A model generated the notes under the pieces. That model saw only the letters and a program-made list of their open reading frames with translations. It searched no databases and was not told where the DNA came from. Of a stretch of 64,000 bases of DNA, positions 25,011 through 37,379 are shown piece by piece; within the stretch, counting starts at the first letter, position 1; each line of letters begins with the position of its first letter. Origin of the DNA: Callorhinchus milii (Eukaryota); the NCBI RefSeq assembly GCF_018977255.1, contig NW_024704743.1, positions 48,982,001-49,046,000 of the forward strand, read 5' to 3'. The position numbers and the translations under genes are program-made.

Positions 25011-25229
25011 GTATGGCAGAGACTGGTTAAATCTTTAATCTTTCTACAATGATAAGGATGATAAAGAATGAAGATTACAAATTGTATAAACAATTAAATG
25101 ACATTTCGACGGGTCCAGAAAATTCAGGAAACCCTAGGATGATTCATGAATTAATTTAAAAAGTCTAACAAAAGTGGCTTTCAACACTGGCTTATCCATG
25201 CTGATATTTCAAGGAAATGGTACTTATAC

Positions 25230-25920
25230 ACAGTGAAATCTAATCAGTGCATATTAAAATATACTCCAGAGCACAGTATTTTCTGTCATTTTCTAAAAAA
25301 AATAATCATTCATGTCAGCTTTAAGCAGAAGTATGGTTTGAAGCAGGTATGGTTAAGTGAGGTCAGCAGTTTGCAATATTTACTGGACAATGAAAGACTG
25401 CAGCCTTGTCATATCTGGTTGACAAAATGCTACTGAGGCTCAAAGAAATCAATTTTGCGTAAGTTTTCTGCTGTAGCATGTAATTAATGGCCAGCTCTAC
25501 AGGACTCTAAGATATTTTACAACATGCCGTTGAACCACTTGCTGCCAGGAATCTGAACAGCAGCACAAATTCAGGGTTGCACGCCAGAGTTAACAAGCTG
25601 GATGCGAGTTTTATTGGTCTATTAAATTAGAAATCAGTCACATTCTAGTTAAAGTGATCATACTGCGCATTACCGTGTCTGAGTTTATAGCACTCACATG
25701 CTTTTTTTAACCTTAGGGGTCTTTTTTCAGGTAATAAAATTATGACTTGATGGAAAGGATTTTTTTTTGCAGAATTACAAAGAAATAGAGCCTCTACCAC
25801 AGACAACACGACTGATATTGGTTTTCACTGCTGCGCACTGACACATTGTAGAGGAACCTGGTGAACCTGGTTCTATACATATCAGATATTTCAATTACTC
25901 TTAACACTCTGAGCATCAAA
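25230..25920. promoter_or_regulatory. Repeat-free island with homeodomain-type sites, candidate enhancer
   Basis: TAATTAAT, TTTTATTGG and GTAATAAAA motifs in unique sequence; conservation not tested. Confidence 0.3.
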
Positions 25921-26643
25921 GCCCCTTGCAGTTTCCAGAATCTGCATGTCCCTGTCTTTCAGATAACATGTAAAAGAAAAATCTTTTGTGCAATAATATC
26001 AAGTATTGAGGGTTTCAACACGTTCTTCAAGATTCAACTGAAAACTTGGCTTTTTTAAAATTTTAAACAATGTTTTTTAAATTTCCAAATGTAATATAAA
26101 AGCATCCTGAACAACACCAGCCAAATAAGCAGAGAGGCTGGCTGGAATTGTATAGAGCCAGCAGCTAAGAGCCATGACTAACATACAAAAAAAAACAATA
26201 TACGAGTTTATCAATGTACTGAAAAATAGGCAAGATATAAACATAATTACTTGAACAAAGAAGAGATGTCCAGACATGAGCAAACTCCTTTTTATTTTGC
26301 ATTTGATGCTGTGAAGCACTTTGAGATATTTTGATGTGATAAGGTGCTCCATCAATTGGAGAATTATTTTTAATACACAGATCTCAGTGTTTTTGTATGG
26401 GAGACAATCAATTTATTATCCAATACAATACAGTTTTCATCGATTTAGCAATAGATTTTATAATTATTTGCTTCTTGTCACATTTAGGCTTTCATAAACA
26501 GCTTTTCATAAACAATATATATAAATATGAATCAATAGGTTTGAGCCCTGTGGATCTACAGAGAAGGAGCATTACTCTGAGCCAGAGTAATGCTCCATTG
26601 GCTCAGCTGTACAGCACAGCTTGTGTGACTTGATGGGACAGTA

Positions 26644-26961
26644 TGGAGTCCTGTAGCTCAGTGGTTAGAGCACTCGCTTTGCAAGCGAGAGACCTGAGTT
26701 CAATTCCAGGCAGGGCAAAACCTTGGGCAAGTTTCCTTACTCCACACGCCTAATAATAATCCCTCCAAAACAAAAAAACAATAAAAAATTGGTAATTTTC
26801 AATCTACGACTGTTTGTGGGACATTGCTGTGCGCAATTGGCTGCCGCGTTCGCCCACAAATATACAGTCAATTCACTTTACAGTGTATTCTGTGAAGCGC
26901 TTTGGGACGTCCTCCCGACGTGAAAAGCGCTATATCAAATGCAAGGATTATTATTTATTAT
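26644..26961 (+). mobile_element. Full-length young SINE subfamily B
   Basis: A box tagctcagtgg, anticodon arm ctcgc-tttgcaa-gcgag (UGC, Ala), B box gagttcaattcc, CORE-like ccttgggcaagtt, Deu-SINE-type 3' body, L2-type tail. Confidence 0.97.
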
Positions 26962-27083
26962 AAAAGCACCACAAACAACACTACCTTAACTCTAAATATT
27001 TACCACAATTCAGGTTAGTAGAATTCTGTAAGTCACTTTGGAACATGTGTACCAAGGTCAGGGCTATATATCTTATATATATA

Positions 27084-27600
27084 TGTTACAGTAAAGTTGT
27101 GAAACCAGGGATTTCGTGAATTCCCTGAAATTTTCATTAAAATTGTCAAATCATGAAATCACTGAAATTAGGAGTCAGGGATTTTGTGAAAAAGTGATCA
27201 TTTGATCATATTGATAACTTTGCCTTGACACTTGTTAGCATTATCAACAAATAAATAACACATTCTGAAAATTAATATTCTATTCATCACAAACTTCATG
27301 TGATATTACATTTGCTGATGAGTCAAATGTTCATTTGTTAACACAAGTGAGGCTTCCATGACACCGGGAGTTACATTTTAGTTTTGCTTTGAAGCATTTA
27401 CAATGGTTGGTCTGACATTTCTTCTGACTGCAGTTACACTTCGTAAAGCCTTGTCCACCGCAAACAGACTGTGCAATGACAGCTTCATGGAGTGACACTG
27501 ACTTCTTCTGGTTGATGTAGGAGACTTGAATAATTCTCGTGCTTTGGTCAGGACATTGGCATATTTGCATTGTAGCTCTTTAATCACGCAAGTCATTTTG
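27084..27600 (-). mobile_element. Ginger2/Tdd-like DNA transposon 3' relic (KRBA2/SCAND3-like integrase C-terminus)
   Basis: ORF 27331-27570 SVSLHEAVIAQSVCGGQGFTKCNCSQKKCQTNHCKCFKAKLKCNSRCHGSLTCVNK*; candidate TGTTACA terminus at 27084; repeated cagggattt(c/t)gtgaa subterminal motif. Confidence 0.75.
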
Positions 27601-28141
27601 TCATTTAAGCACTTTGAGTCATTTTGACCTGATAAGGCCCTATATTAATTGTAAGGGTTATTATTTTTTATTGTTACACAGATCTCAAGATCATAGATCA
27701 TTCTCAGTGGAACATGCTCCGAGTCCAGAAAGAGGGTAACGCAGAGCTGAAAGTATAGCTCCCGACAATGACTCTGAGCTGGTGCCTGAAGTATGAATGC
27801 AAAATCAACCCTCCTGCACTCTGTGCCACTGGATACAGCTTGGAGCTTATAACACATTCCTACTGAAAGAGATGTAGTATTTGCCGATATCTCAAAAAAT
27901 GATCACAACTCAAAAGCACAAATCAGCAGAATTGGAAAGATGTGGGTAGGTCACAGGATTAGGATTGTTAACCATATATAAAACGTACACTGGAACATAG
28001 ATAAAAGAGCCACTATGCTCTACTTAATTGGATGAAACAGTATAAAATGTGAGATACACTGGATCCAAACCAGATCCAAGCAAAATAAATAACAGAGCTG
28101 GAGGAGGTTGTCTGATATAAAGTATCAAACCCCATCAGATT

Positions 28142-28752
28142 AAATAATAATAATCCTTGCATTTGATACCATGCCTTTCATGTCAGGAAGATGTCTCAAA
28201 GTACTTCACACAGTGTATTTGTAGACGCCAATTTGTACACACTACTAATAATAAGAATACTTGCATTTGATAGAGCACCTTATCACACCTTCGAGACATC
28301 TCAAAGCGCTTCACAGAATACTGTAAAGTAAATTGACTGTATATTTTGCGGACGAAAACGGCAGCCAATTGCGCACATTAGTGTCCCACAATCAGTCGGG
28401 ACAGTGAGTGACCAAAGTATTATTTGTTTGGAAGGGATTATTACCCACGGAAAGTGATCTGCCAATCAACTAACAATCGAGTTCCTACTTACTTCTAGGT
28501 AAACAGAGGCGTGTGGAGTAAGGGAACTTACCAGCGTTTATGAAAGTCTTATAAACAGCCATGAAGTGAGTGATCAAATTTATTTGGGGATTGTTGGCCA
28601 GGACATCTGGAGAAACTCTTTTCTCTTTTCAAATTGTGCCATGGGATCTTTAACATTCACCTGAACAGACAGATGGACCTCTATTTAACATCTTATCCAA
28701 AGGACGTCACCTCCAACAATGCAGTACACCTCCAGCACTGCATTGGAGTGTA
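28142..28752 (-). mobile_element. Three stacked SINEs: tail 28142-28220, subfamily A 28246-28535, old Deu-SINE 28550-28752
   Basis: Two successive taataataa...ttgcatttgata tails, then gccatgggatctttaacattcacctgaacagacagat Deu domain. Confidence 0.88.
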
Positions 28753-28837
28753 TTGGATTCTCCTGTTAGCTCTTTGTATACATCATGATTACTTCCTTAG
28801 ACAAGTTTCCTTTGTTACAAATTCAGGTTCTGTATAA

Positions 28838-28890
28838 AACAACAACAACAGCTTGCATTATATAGCGCTCTTCACCCGGGGTAGTGTCTC
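28838..28890 (-). mobile_element. ~55-nt L2-type 3' terminus
   Basis: aacaacaacaacagcttgcattatatagcgctcttcacccggggtagtgtctc. Confidence 0.65.
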
Positions 28891-29603
28891 TCTAATAATT
28901 CAGTGTATCAACTCTCACCAACTGCTCTGTCAAGTTCTTTATCCTAAAATATCTGAACATTACTCACTGTGTTCTACAATCATGGTTAACTCAGCTGAGC
29001 TGCTCTGTTTTCTTTTTCTTTTTTTTACATTTGAAACCTCTCTTAACATGTGCAAACAAAGTGGAGTTATTTTTGAAACTGTATCCTGGAGACAGACGGT
29101 GTCAGAATCTGTGCAGAAAGCTGCCAGCAGCTCCGCAATTCACAGCGACAGAGTGAAACCTGCCTCTTTATTACCTTGTTTATAGTGGCAGATGGGAGTC
29201 AAGTCACCAAAGAAAAATTGCAATTCCTCTCTCGATTGCCACAATAAACACCACTAATTTATAGGTTTCAAAATAAACAAACAGCTCAGTTTATTTTGAA
29301 CTGTCTGAAGGTGAAGTTCCTGCCAGAACAGAACCAGAAGGCTCCAAGTACTGAATTTGTGGTGGTGTAAAAATATGTCCAACAGCCTGCTCTCTCTCCT
29401 CTCGTATGTTGCTTTAACTATTTCTACCTGGAATAGACACTTTTTTGTGGCCAAGTTAAAATTGCACTGAAACAAGTGGGAATTTATGCTTTTGCAATCC
29501 ATTTCCACCACTAAAGTTTCTTCATCTTTATTTCAATCTGGCAAACAGATGGAGGAGAGAAGTTGTGGAGAGAGAGAGTGCAAGAGAGGTTATAACCACT
29601 TAT

Positions 29604-29785
29604 AATAATAATAATCCTTGCATTTTGATATAGTACTTTAACACATCTTCGAGACATCTCAAAGTGCTTCACAGATATACTGTAAAGTGAATTAACTGTA
29701 TATTTTGTGGGCGAAACGCAGCAGCCAATTGCACACAGCAGTGTCACACAAGCAGTCATGGATTGAGTGACCAATTTATTATTAT
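29604..29785 (-). mobile_element. SINE subfamily A 3' half
   Basis: ataataataataatccttgc...gcgaaacgcagcagccaattgcacagcagtgtc. Confidence 0.9.
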
Positions 29786-30249
29786 TGTTAGGTTTTTTTC
29801 AACTCCCCCCAGCTTGTCCCAATGAGACAGCCACTTCATTTTATAGTAAAATCATGTGAAATGCTTTGGGATATCCTTCCAATGTGAAAGGTACTAAGTA
29901 TATCAAAGGGCAGGATTACTCTTTGGAGAACTTTATGTAAAACTGACCCATACAAATCAGGAGGGTCCTGCAGTTCACATTTCATGCGTGCTGAAATTAA
30001 TTCCAGGTCCCAGGAACGAGAAGGAAAAATCATATTGGGGAAGGTCAATACTGTGATGGCTCTGATGGTGGAATAGGCTACTGACACTCACCAACAATGG
30101 TCACCTGGGCAATGCTCCCAGAAAGAGTCAACACCTTGATGAGAGAAAAGGAGGAAATTGGAGGAGGAACAACATTTACTTAATAATAACAAGTGACAAT
30201 GCAATTGCTGAAGGAGGTTGACTGGTTATGGTTATTTTTGTTCTGAGCC

Positions 30250-31230
30250 CAGGCTGCAATGCTTGGGGAGCCCTGTGTTGTCTGAGGAGCCATCCTTCGG
30301 ATGAGATATTGTGGAGTCCTGAAGCTCAGTGGTTAGATCAATTGCCTTGCAAGCGAAAAACCTGTGTTCGATTCCCGGCAGAGCGAAACTTTGGGCAAGT
30401 TTTCTTACTCCACACTCCTCTGTTTAATTAGCAGTAAGTAGGAACCCGGTTGTTAGTCGATTTGCAGATCACTTTTCTGGGGGTAATAATTATAATAATA
30501 ATCCTTGCATTTGATATAGCACCTTATCATGTCGTTGAGATGTCTCGAAGCGCTTCACAGAATATACTGTAAAGTGAATTGACTATATTTTGTGGGTGAA
30601 ACGTGGCAGCCAATTGCAAACAGCAGTGTCCCACAAACAGTCACGGATTGAAGTGACAAATTCTTTTTTTGTGACGGAATTATTACCCGCAGAAAAGCAA
30701 TCCACCAATCAATAAACAACCAGGTTCCTACTTACTGCTAGGCAAACAGAAGCGTGTGTGTGGAAAAAAGAAACTTGCCTAAGGTTTGTCTAATTCCTTC
30801 AAAAAAATAATAAATTCGTCACTCAATCCATGATGGTTTGTGGGACACTGCTTTGCGCAATTGGCTGCCACATTTTGTCCATAAAATATACAGTCAAATC
30901 ATTTTACATATTCAGTGAAGCACTTTGAGATATCTCGAAGACGTGATAGGGCGCGATATCAAAATGCAAGGATTATTATTAAACTGAGGCCCCATCTGCC
31001 TGTTCAGGTGGACATTATAGGTCCCATGTACCTAGTCGAAAAGAGATGGGAGTTCTCCCAATCATCTATATAAAATTCACACCTTGGCCGCTTATGAGAC
31101 ATTGCTGTGTGAAAATTGGCAGCTGTATTTACCTACAAATAAACAATCATTACACAACAGGAAATTCTGTGAAGTGGTTTGAGTCACTTGTTTATGTGAT
31201 AAGGCACTATATCAAATGCAAGGATTATTT
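30250..31230. mobile_element. Triple-nested SINEs: old Deu-SINE(+) containing subfamily A(+) 30312-30980, itself containing subfamily A(-) 30491-30790
   Basis: Deu domain breaks at cggatgagatatt and resumes aaactgaggcccc at 30981; the plus SINE breaks at ggtaataatt and resumes taattccttc at ~30791. Confidence 0.9.
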
Positions 31231-31615
31231 ATGTATCAGCCATGTCTTCCCCTTCTTGGTGAGGGGAGTGGGGGATTTTACCAGCTGACACAAATGACCA
31301 CTATAATGCCAAATAAAATTTGTCAGCAATAGCAAAAAGGCTTAGACCAGCCTCGAACAACATGGCTTAGTGACAATGTCCCAATTGTTCCACACTCGCC
31401 TACAAAACACACAACCATTTTATTTTACAGTATATCCTGTGAAGCGCTTTAAGAAGTCCTCCCGACATGAAAGGCGCTAAATCAAATGCAAGGATTATTA
31501 GGATTATTATGTACCGTGGATGCAAAAAAATTTAAATGACAATGTACCTGAGTAATATTGACACTTATGCTAGATTGTACACTGGTTATGTTTTGGCCCC
31601 TGGTATCAACTGGAG

Positions 31616-31930
31616 TGGAGTCCTGTAGCTCAGTGGTTAGAGCACTCAGTTTGCAAGCGAGAGACCTGAGTTCAATTCCAGGCAGGGCGAAACCTTGGGC
31701 AAGTTTCGTTACTCCACACGCCTAATAATAATCCCTCCAAAAACCAAACAATAATAAATTGGTCATTTTCAATCCACGACTGTTTGTGGGACATTGCTAT
31801 GTGTAATTGGCTGCTGTGTTCGCCCACAAATATACAGTCAGTTCACTTTACAGTATATTCTGTGAAGCGCTTTGAGACGTCTAGAAGACGTGAAAAGCGC
31901 TATATCAAATGCAAGGATTATTATTATTAT
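31616..31930 (+). mobile_element. Full-length young SINE subfamily B, TAGAA-loop tail
   Basis: Same head and body as 26644, but tail gagacgtctagaagacgtgaaaagcgc. Confidence 0.97.
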
Positions 31931-34409
31931 AACTGAAACTCTACTGAAATTATTGGTGTACATTTGGGGAAGGGACTTATTTCTAAATGGGCTTATAATG
32001 AACAATTATTATAACACATCACTGTCTGACCACAGTCTAAACCCAGCTCATGTTTCCTAGTAGTGGGTGAAACAATCAGTGCGCTGTGAATTCTTCTCCA
32101 CAGTGATAGGAAAAGCTGACATTGAAGGATGGAATAGTGGCTTGGCTACTGTATAAAAAAGTCATTCCAAAATTTGGGAACACTCCAACTCAATTTATTT
32201 TCAGAACGGGTTTTTCTCAAGTCACCCAATATGCATGACACACAAGTGAGAAGTTCCATTAGGAAATACCGCAAGTTTCAGCCAAAAATACACAGTCAAT
32301 TCACTTAAAATATATTTTGTGAAGCTCTTTGAGATGTCTCAATGATGTGATAAGGACTGTATAAACAACAACTACAAATTACATTTGTATAGCGCCTTTC
32401 ACGTCAGGAGGACAATTATTATTGTTACTAAAATGAACTCATCATGGACTCAGAAGATTTAAAGGAGGCTGGCCAGACCCCATGTTCAATTTGAAATAAA
32501 TGTAACCATTCATATTGGATTGCCTTTTTTATTAACTTTTTGTAACGGAATTAAAAAATCCAGAACAGATTAAAGCTGAAGTTCAGCGAACAATGAAATA
32601 CATTTAACTTCAGTGATTAAAGGAGGAGGTTCCTGAAGGAAAGTTGCTGAGTGTGCAGTATTTTAGTGTAAATTGATGGCCATACAAAATGAATGCAGTT
32701 CTTTTATTAAGTGGGGTGATTGCTTATATAGTAATGTATGTTTATATAGCAATAAGAAACTTGCTTCCAAGTCTATACTCTCAAAGGGATCAAATTTGGA
32801 AGGGAAGAAGTATATGTGATTTCTAGCTCCCACCAACGAGCATGAAAGAGCTGCCAGAGGGTGGAAAGAGTTGGAGAATGAAAAGCCATTTCCCTGTAGC
32901 TGTGCGATTGGCTCTGAAGTCCTTCCTCATACCTTGGCAACCTTCAAAATTCACAGATTCATTGGAGCTTCTTTCATTTTTTACGAATATTGCAAGTTAG
33001 ACCCCAAAGTCGCTAGAATTAGCAACAATTAATTCTAGGGGATTAGCTAGCTATTGACAATGCTCAAAATCAGACCTAAATTTAAAAACTAGCAATACTC
33101 CAGGGTGATACAAGAAACGTCTTGGCAAAAGCTGAGAATGCGACTTTCACATTTGAAGGTGCCTTTCAGGTCTAAATGCCCAGGGAATCTCTATTATTTG
33201 CCTGATTGTGCTTGTAGACAAACACACTTGGCTTTCTGGTTTTACAAGTATCAGGAGCTGGAGCCAAGCTAATCATTAGTGTGGAATGATGTTGAAGAAA
33301 TAGGTGCAGATTTGCGGATATCTGATGTTAGTCATGCAGGACTTGGTGACAGATACACAGTGAATGTTTTCATGGCTGCAGCTACTCTTAAACCTGCTTT
33401 AGAATCTAATTAAGGCTAGTGATGGCATTGCTGTGAAATGGAAGAGCTTTTGTTTTGTTTTCCTTTGGCACTGTGTGACAGAATCAAGTGCTTGTTAAGT
33501 CTTGGTGGCTTGGGGTGGTTTAATGGTTCGCTGGTTCTGCTAGGGTACCCCCACCCTTACATTCTTATTACGATCCGCCTTGACCTCAAACTCTTTTCTT
33601 TCACCTGTTCACCAAGTAGCAGACAAATGCACCTTGACTGCACAGAGCAGCGTTTTGCCTGCTCTTTGCTTTTTGACTTAGCCGACTAGTAAATTTGGGA
33701 TTTGCTGTTCTGGGAATCTCGTAATCTGAAAATCACAAACTGTAAACTACTAATAAAGACTCAAATCTGGATTGCAAATACAGGATTGCAATTTTGACTC
33801 CATTGTCTGCACTCACTGTACAGTGATTCATTCACAGGATTCAACAGCTGTCAGTGAGCTGAAACCTTGGATACATTTCAGAGATTTTTCTTCAGAGTCA
33901 AAGGAGCGATGGCAACCACTACACACTTACTCACATACCACCCATTATCCTCACTCTACCTGTTAAAAGTTGTCATCATCCCATGGCCTCAATACATTGG
34001 ATGAACCCAAGAATTTTTCCACATTGAAGATCCTGGAATCCACTCAAATGCTGTTTTTATGACCTAAAATCAAAGTCGGCTGATATCCCAGGAAATAAAG
34101 CTGGCATCATTTCTTTTTATAACTTCCCCACCACTCCCCCACCAAAAAAACACATCCAGGGGAAGGGAGTAGTTTAATAACTAGCAATATTTCCGGAACA
34201 ACTAATTGTGGCATTCCAGAATGTATTTGATGTGAACCTGATTCCATCGAAAGCATTACAAAATGCAACATATTTCACCGCATCGTCTTCACTTCATACA
34301 AATGAGAATTCTATGTACCCTCATGAGCTTGCTGCTCTCTGCAGAATATTAATATTTTTGTATATTATGATAGTAGATTGTACACCTATTTTCCAATATT
34401 TTCCTATTA

Positions 34410-35630
34410 TATAGGTCCTCGAGCCTGCCCCGCCATTCAATAAGATCATGGCTGATCTTCTAACCTAACTCCATCTGCCCACCTTATCCTCATATCCCTT
34501 AATCCATCTATCCTTTAGAAATCTATCAATCTCAGTCTTGAATATGTTCAAGGATTGAGCATCTACAGCCTTCTGGGGTAGAGAATTCCATAAATTCATT
34601 ACCCTCTGAGTGAAGAAGTGTTTTGTCAACTCTGTTCCAAAGGGCTGATCCTTAATCTTAAGACTGTGACCCCTAGTTCTAGATTCTCCTACCAGGGGAA
34701 ACAGTCTCACACTGTCTACTCTGTCAAGCGCCATAAGAATCTTATATGTTTCTATAAGATCACCCCTACTTTTTCTATATTCTACGCTGCACCCCCTCTA
34801 AGATGAGTATGTCCTTTCGTAAATGAGACCAAAACTGCACACATTATTCTAGGTACGGTCTCACCAAGGCCCTATACAGTTGCAGCAAGACTTCCCTACT
34901 CTTGTATTCTAACCCTTTCGCAATAAACGCCAACATGCCATTAGTCTTCCTAGTTGCTTGCTGTACCAGCATACTAACTTTTTGTGATTGGTGTACAAGG
35001 ACACCCAAATCCCTCTGAACTCTAACATAACTTAGTCTCTCCCCTTCTAGAAAATAATCTGCTTTTCTGTTTTTACTACCTAGGTAAATAACTTCACACT
35101 TCCCCACATTATATTTCATCTGCTACCTTCTTGCCCACTCACCTAGTCTAACTATATCCCTTTGCAATCTTTTTGTGTCATCCTCAGAGCTTACTCTCCC
35201 ACCTAGCTTAATATGCCCCAACCGCCCTACCATCGGTGGCCGGGCCTTCAGCCTCTCAGCCCCTAGGCTCTGGAACTCCATCGCCCAGTGCCTTCGCCGC
35301 CTCCTCCGTTTCCTCCTTCAAGGCTGGTCTCAAGACCTTTCTCTTCAACTGTGCCTTCAGCTCCCCTCTCGACTCTCTACCCCATCTTCGCTCCCTCCCC
35401 TCACCCTGACCATTTCCCCCAAATGCTCGGGTCCTGACCCAACTGTACAGCGCCTTGGGACGTCCTCCCGACGTGAAAGACGCTCTATAAATGGAATCTT
35501 GTTGTTGTTGTTGTTATCATCCGCGAATTTAGATATTTTAAGTTCTATGTCTTCGTCTAGATCATTGATATAGATGACTACATCTACTGGATCCACCGTA
35601 TCTAACCTGATAGTTACATCCTCAAAATAG
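34410..35630 (-). mobile_element. CR1 LINE RT C-terminal half and 3'UTR, internally deleted, split by L2
   Basis: Translations YINDLDEDIELKISKFADD, MKYNVGKCEVIYLG...RDLGVLVH...LVRPYLE and RTRGHSLKI...FFTQRVMNLWNSLPQKAV. Confidence 0.97.
35215..35515 (+). mobile_element. Young L2 LINE 3' end inserted in CR1
   Basis: PTIGGRAFSLSAPRLWNSI; ends cagcgccttgggacgtcctcccgacgtgaaagacgctctataaatggaatc(ttg)n. Confidence 0.95.
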
Positions 35631-35925
35631 TATGCTACAGAACAGTACTATTATAGCATGCAAATTCCACTTGCTATTCTGACAAATATTAGTTACCAAA
35701 TGGTTTGCTTAAAATCTGTGGCTGTGAAGTTGAATCTCAATGATCATCTGTGAGAACATCTGACTGGCTGATTTGTATTGTTGGTTACCTTATCTAAAAT
35801 ATATTTGAAAGGTAAGTATAATCCTTGCCTCCTGCAGCCTCTGTCAACACCGCCACGCCAATGCTGTAGTGGTATGCACAAAATTCTGAAACGTGGTAAT
35901 AGCATTTAATGTTAGTCAAAGTGCA

Positions 35926-36130
35926 GGTCAGAAATTATGCCTGGTTTAGCTTCAATCTATTGTTTTTTAACATTTCACAAAGTTCAAATTCTGACAGATT
36001 CTTGAATTTAGTCTTAATTTGCTGGTTTTCTGTAATTCTTAAAATGACCCTGCAGAAATCAATTCAGTGTTCATCAACAGAAGTTCATAAAACATCAATG
36101 TTCATTTCAAAATTAAGATTGATTTTCCAA
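35926..36130. mobile_element. Palindromic MITE family copy, degenerate
   Basis: ggtcagaaattatgcctgg...attcttgaatttagtcttaatttg...ctggttttctgtaattctt. Confidence 0.45.
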
Positions 36131-37160
36131 ATTTTCCAAAATGCAAACATGTTCCAAAATGCGAATACTCTGAAATGTTAAGAAAATAGTCTACAGCTCT
36201 GCCCTCCCTGGTTGATTCACTAAGTCTTCAATAATGTTTAAAAAAAACTGTCCCTTCAAAACTTGGACCATCTAATAGGACTGACTAAGAAGTTTTAAGA
36301 GTTTATTAAGGAGTGGAGTCACTATCGATTTGCACCTTTACACTGTGGCGGTTGCGAATTAAAAATGAATCTGCTCCTAAATCAATCTTTTCCTGGTGGT
36401 CTCAGCAGACGGCACCAGCGTGATTTTGCTGGTTGAGCCTGATTTACAGTACTCCCTGTGAAGCGCTACGAGATGTTATCCTACATGAAGGTCGCCAAAT
36501 AAATGCAAATTGTTACAGTTACTGTTGCTCATTTCAGGGCAAATCTCCACTAAAACAGCAGTGGTTCTCTGCTAACATGCAGATTAAACACAACAGCAGT
36601 TACTGTGTTTTCTGCTGGTTAGAGACAGCCCCAGGAGAAGACATTTTGCATTGAAGTTCTTCTGGTGTGACATTGTGAATCTGAAAAGAAAGCTTCCGAG
36701 AATACATTGTCTTCATTGATGATTTCACAGCAGGGGGAGCTCTACACAAAATGTCTGTCTACACTCTACCTCTAACTACAGGTTAGCTTTCATTCTAGAA
36801 TGTTATTTGTCAATTGCAAGTGCCACTTGCTATTCTGATAAATAATAGTTGCTATTCTGACAAATATTAATAGTAATAGAGGCAACCGAGAGACCTATTT
36901 GAAAACATTTAGAAATTAAGCGATAATTGGCATAATGCATTTACCTTTTACAACCAGTAAATGCTGAGGGTTTTTGTAGAATCCGCACCTTGACCTGGAG
37001 TAGCTCCACAGTTCAGCTAATCCATTTGGATCACACTGTAACTCTGTCTCATTTGATGAACAATGAACTGATTTCTGAATCAGATACGATCCTTAAGTAC
37101 ATTCTGTTTTGGACTAGTTCAGCACCTCTGCGTCTGTTTTATAATAGTAATAAGTACTGT

Positions 37161-37305
37161 AATAATAATCCTAACATTTGATATAGTGCCTTATCGCATC
37201 ATGATAAACATCTCAAAGTGCTTCACACAATTTTACTGTAGACTGTAGTTACTATGTATTTTTATAGGCGAACATGGCAGCAATATCCGATAATCAGCCA
37301 TGAAT
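37161..37305 (-). mobile_element. SINE 3' half
   Basis: aataataatcctaacatttgatatagtgcc...catctcaaagtgcttcac. Confidence 0.8.
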
Positions 37306-37379
37306 CAATTCACCATGAAGAAGGATGGAGCTACTCACCTGATATAATGGAATTGTAAAGGCATTGTAGTTAAATCTGT

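Noticed and set aside
26644..26715. tRNA-Ala(UGC)-like cloverleaf (also at 31616, 43093, 61247)
   Set aside because: It is the SINE head: no proper acceptor stem or terminator, and it continues into the SINE body.
32930..33130. hAT-like MITE motifs (ttggcaacc, aaagtcgctag); shared aaaagtctaacaaaa at ~25159 and ~63761
   Set aside because: Too decayed to define termini or family by eye.
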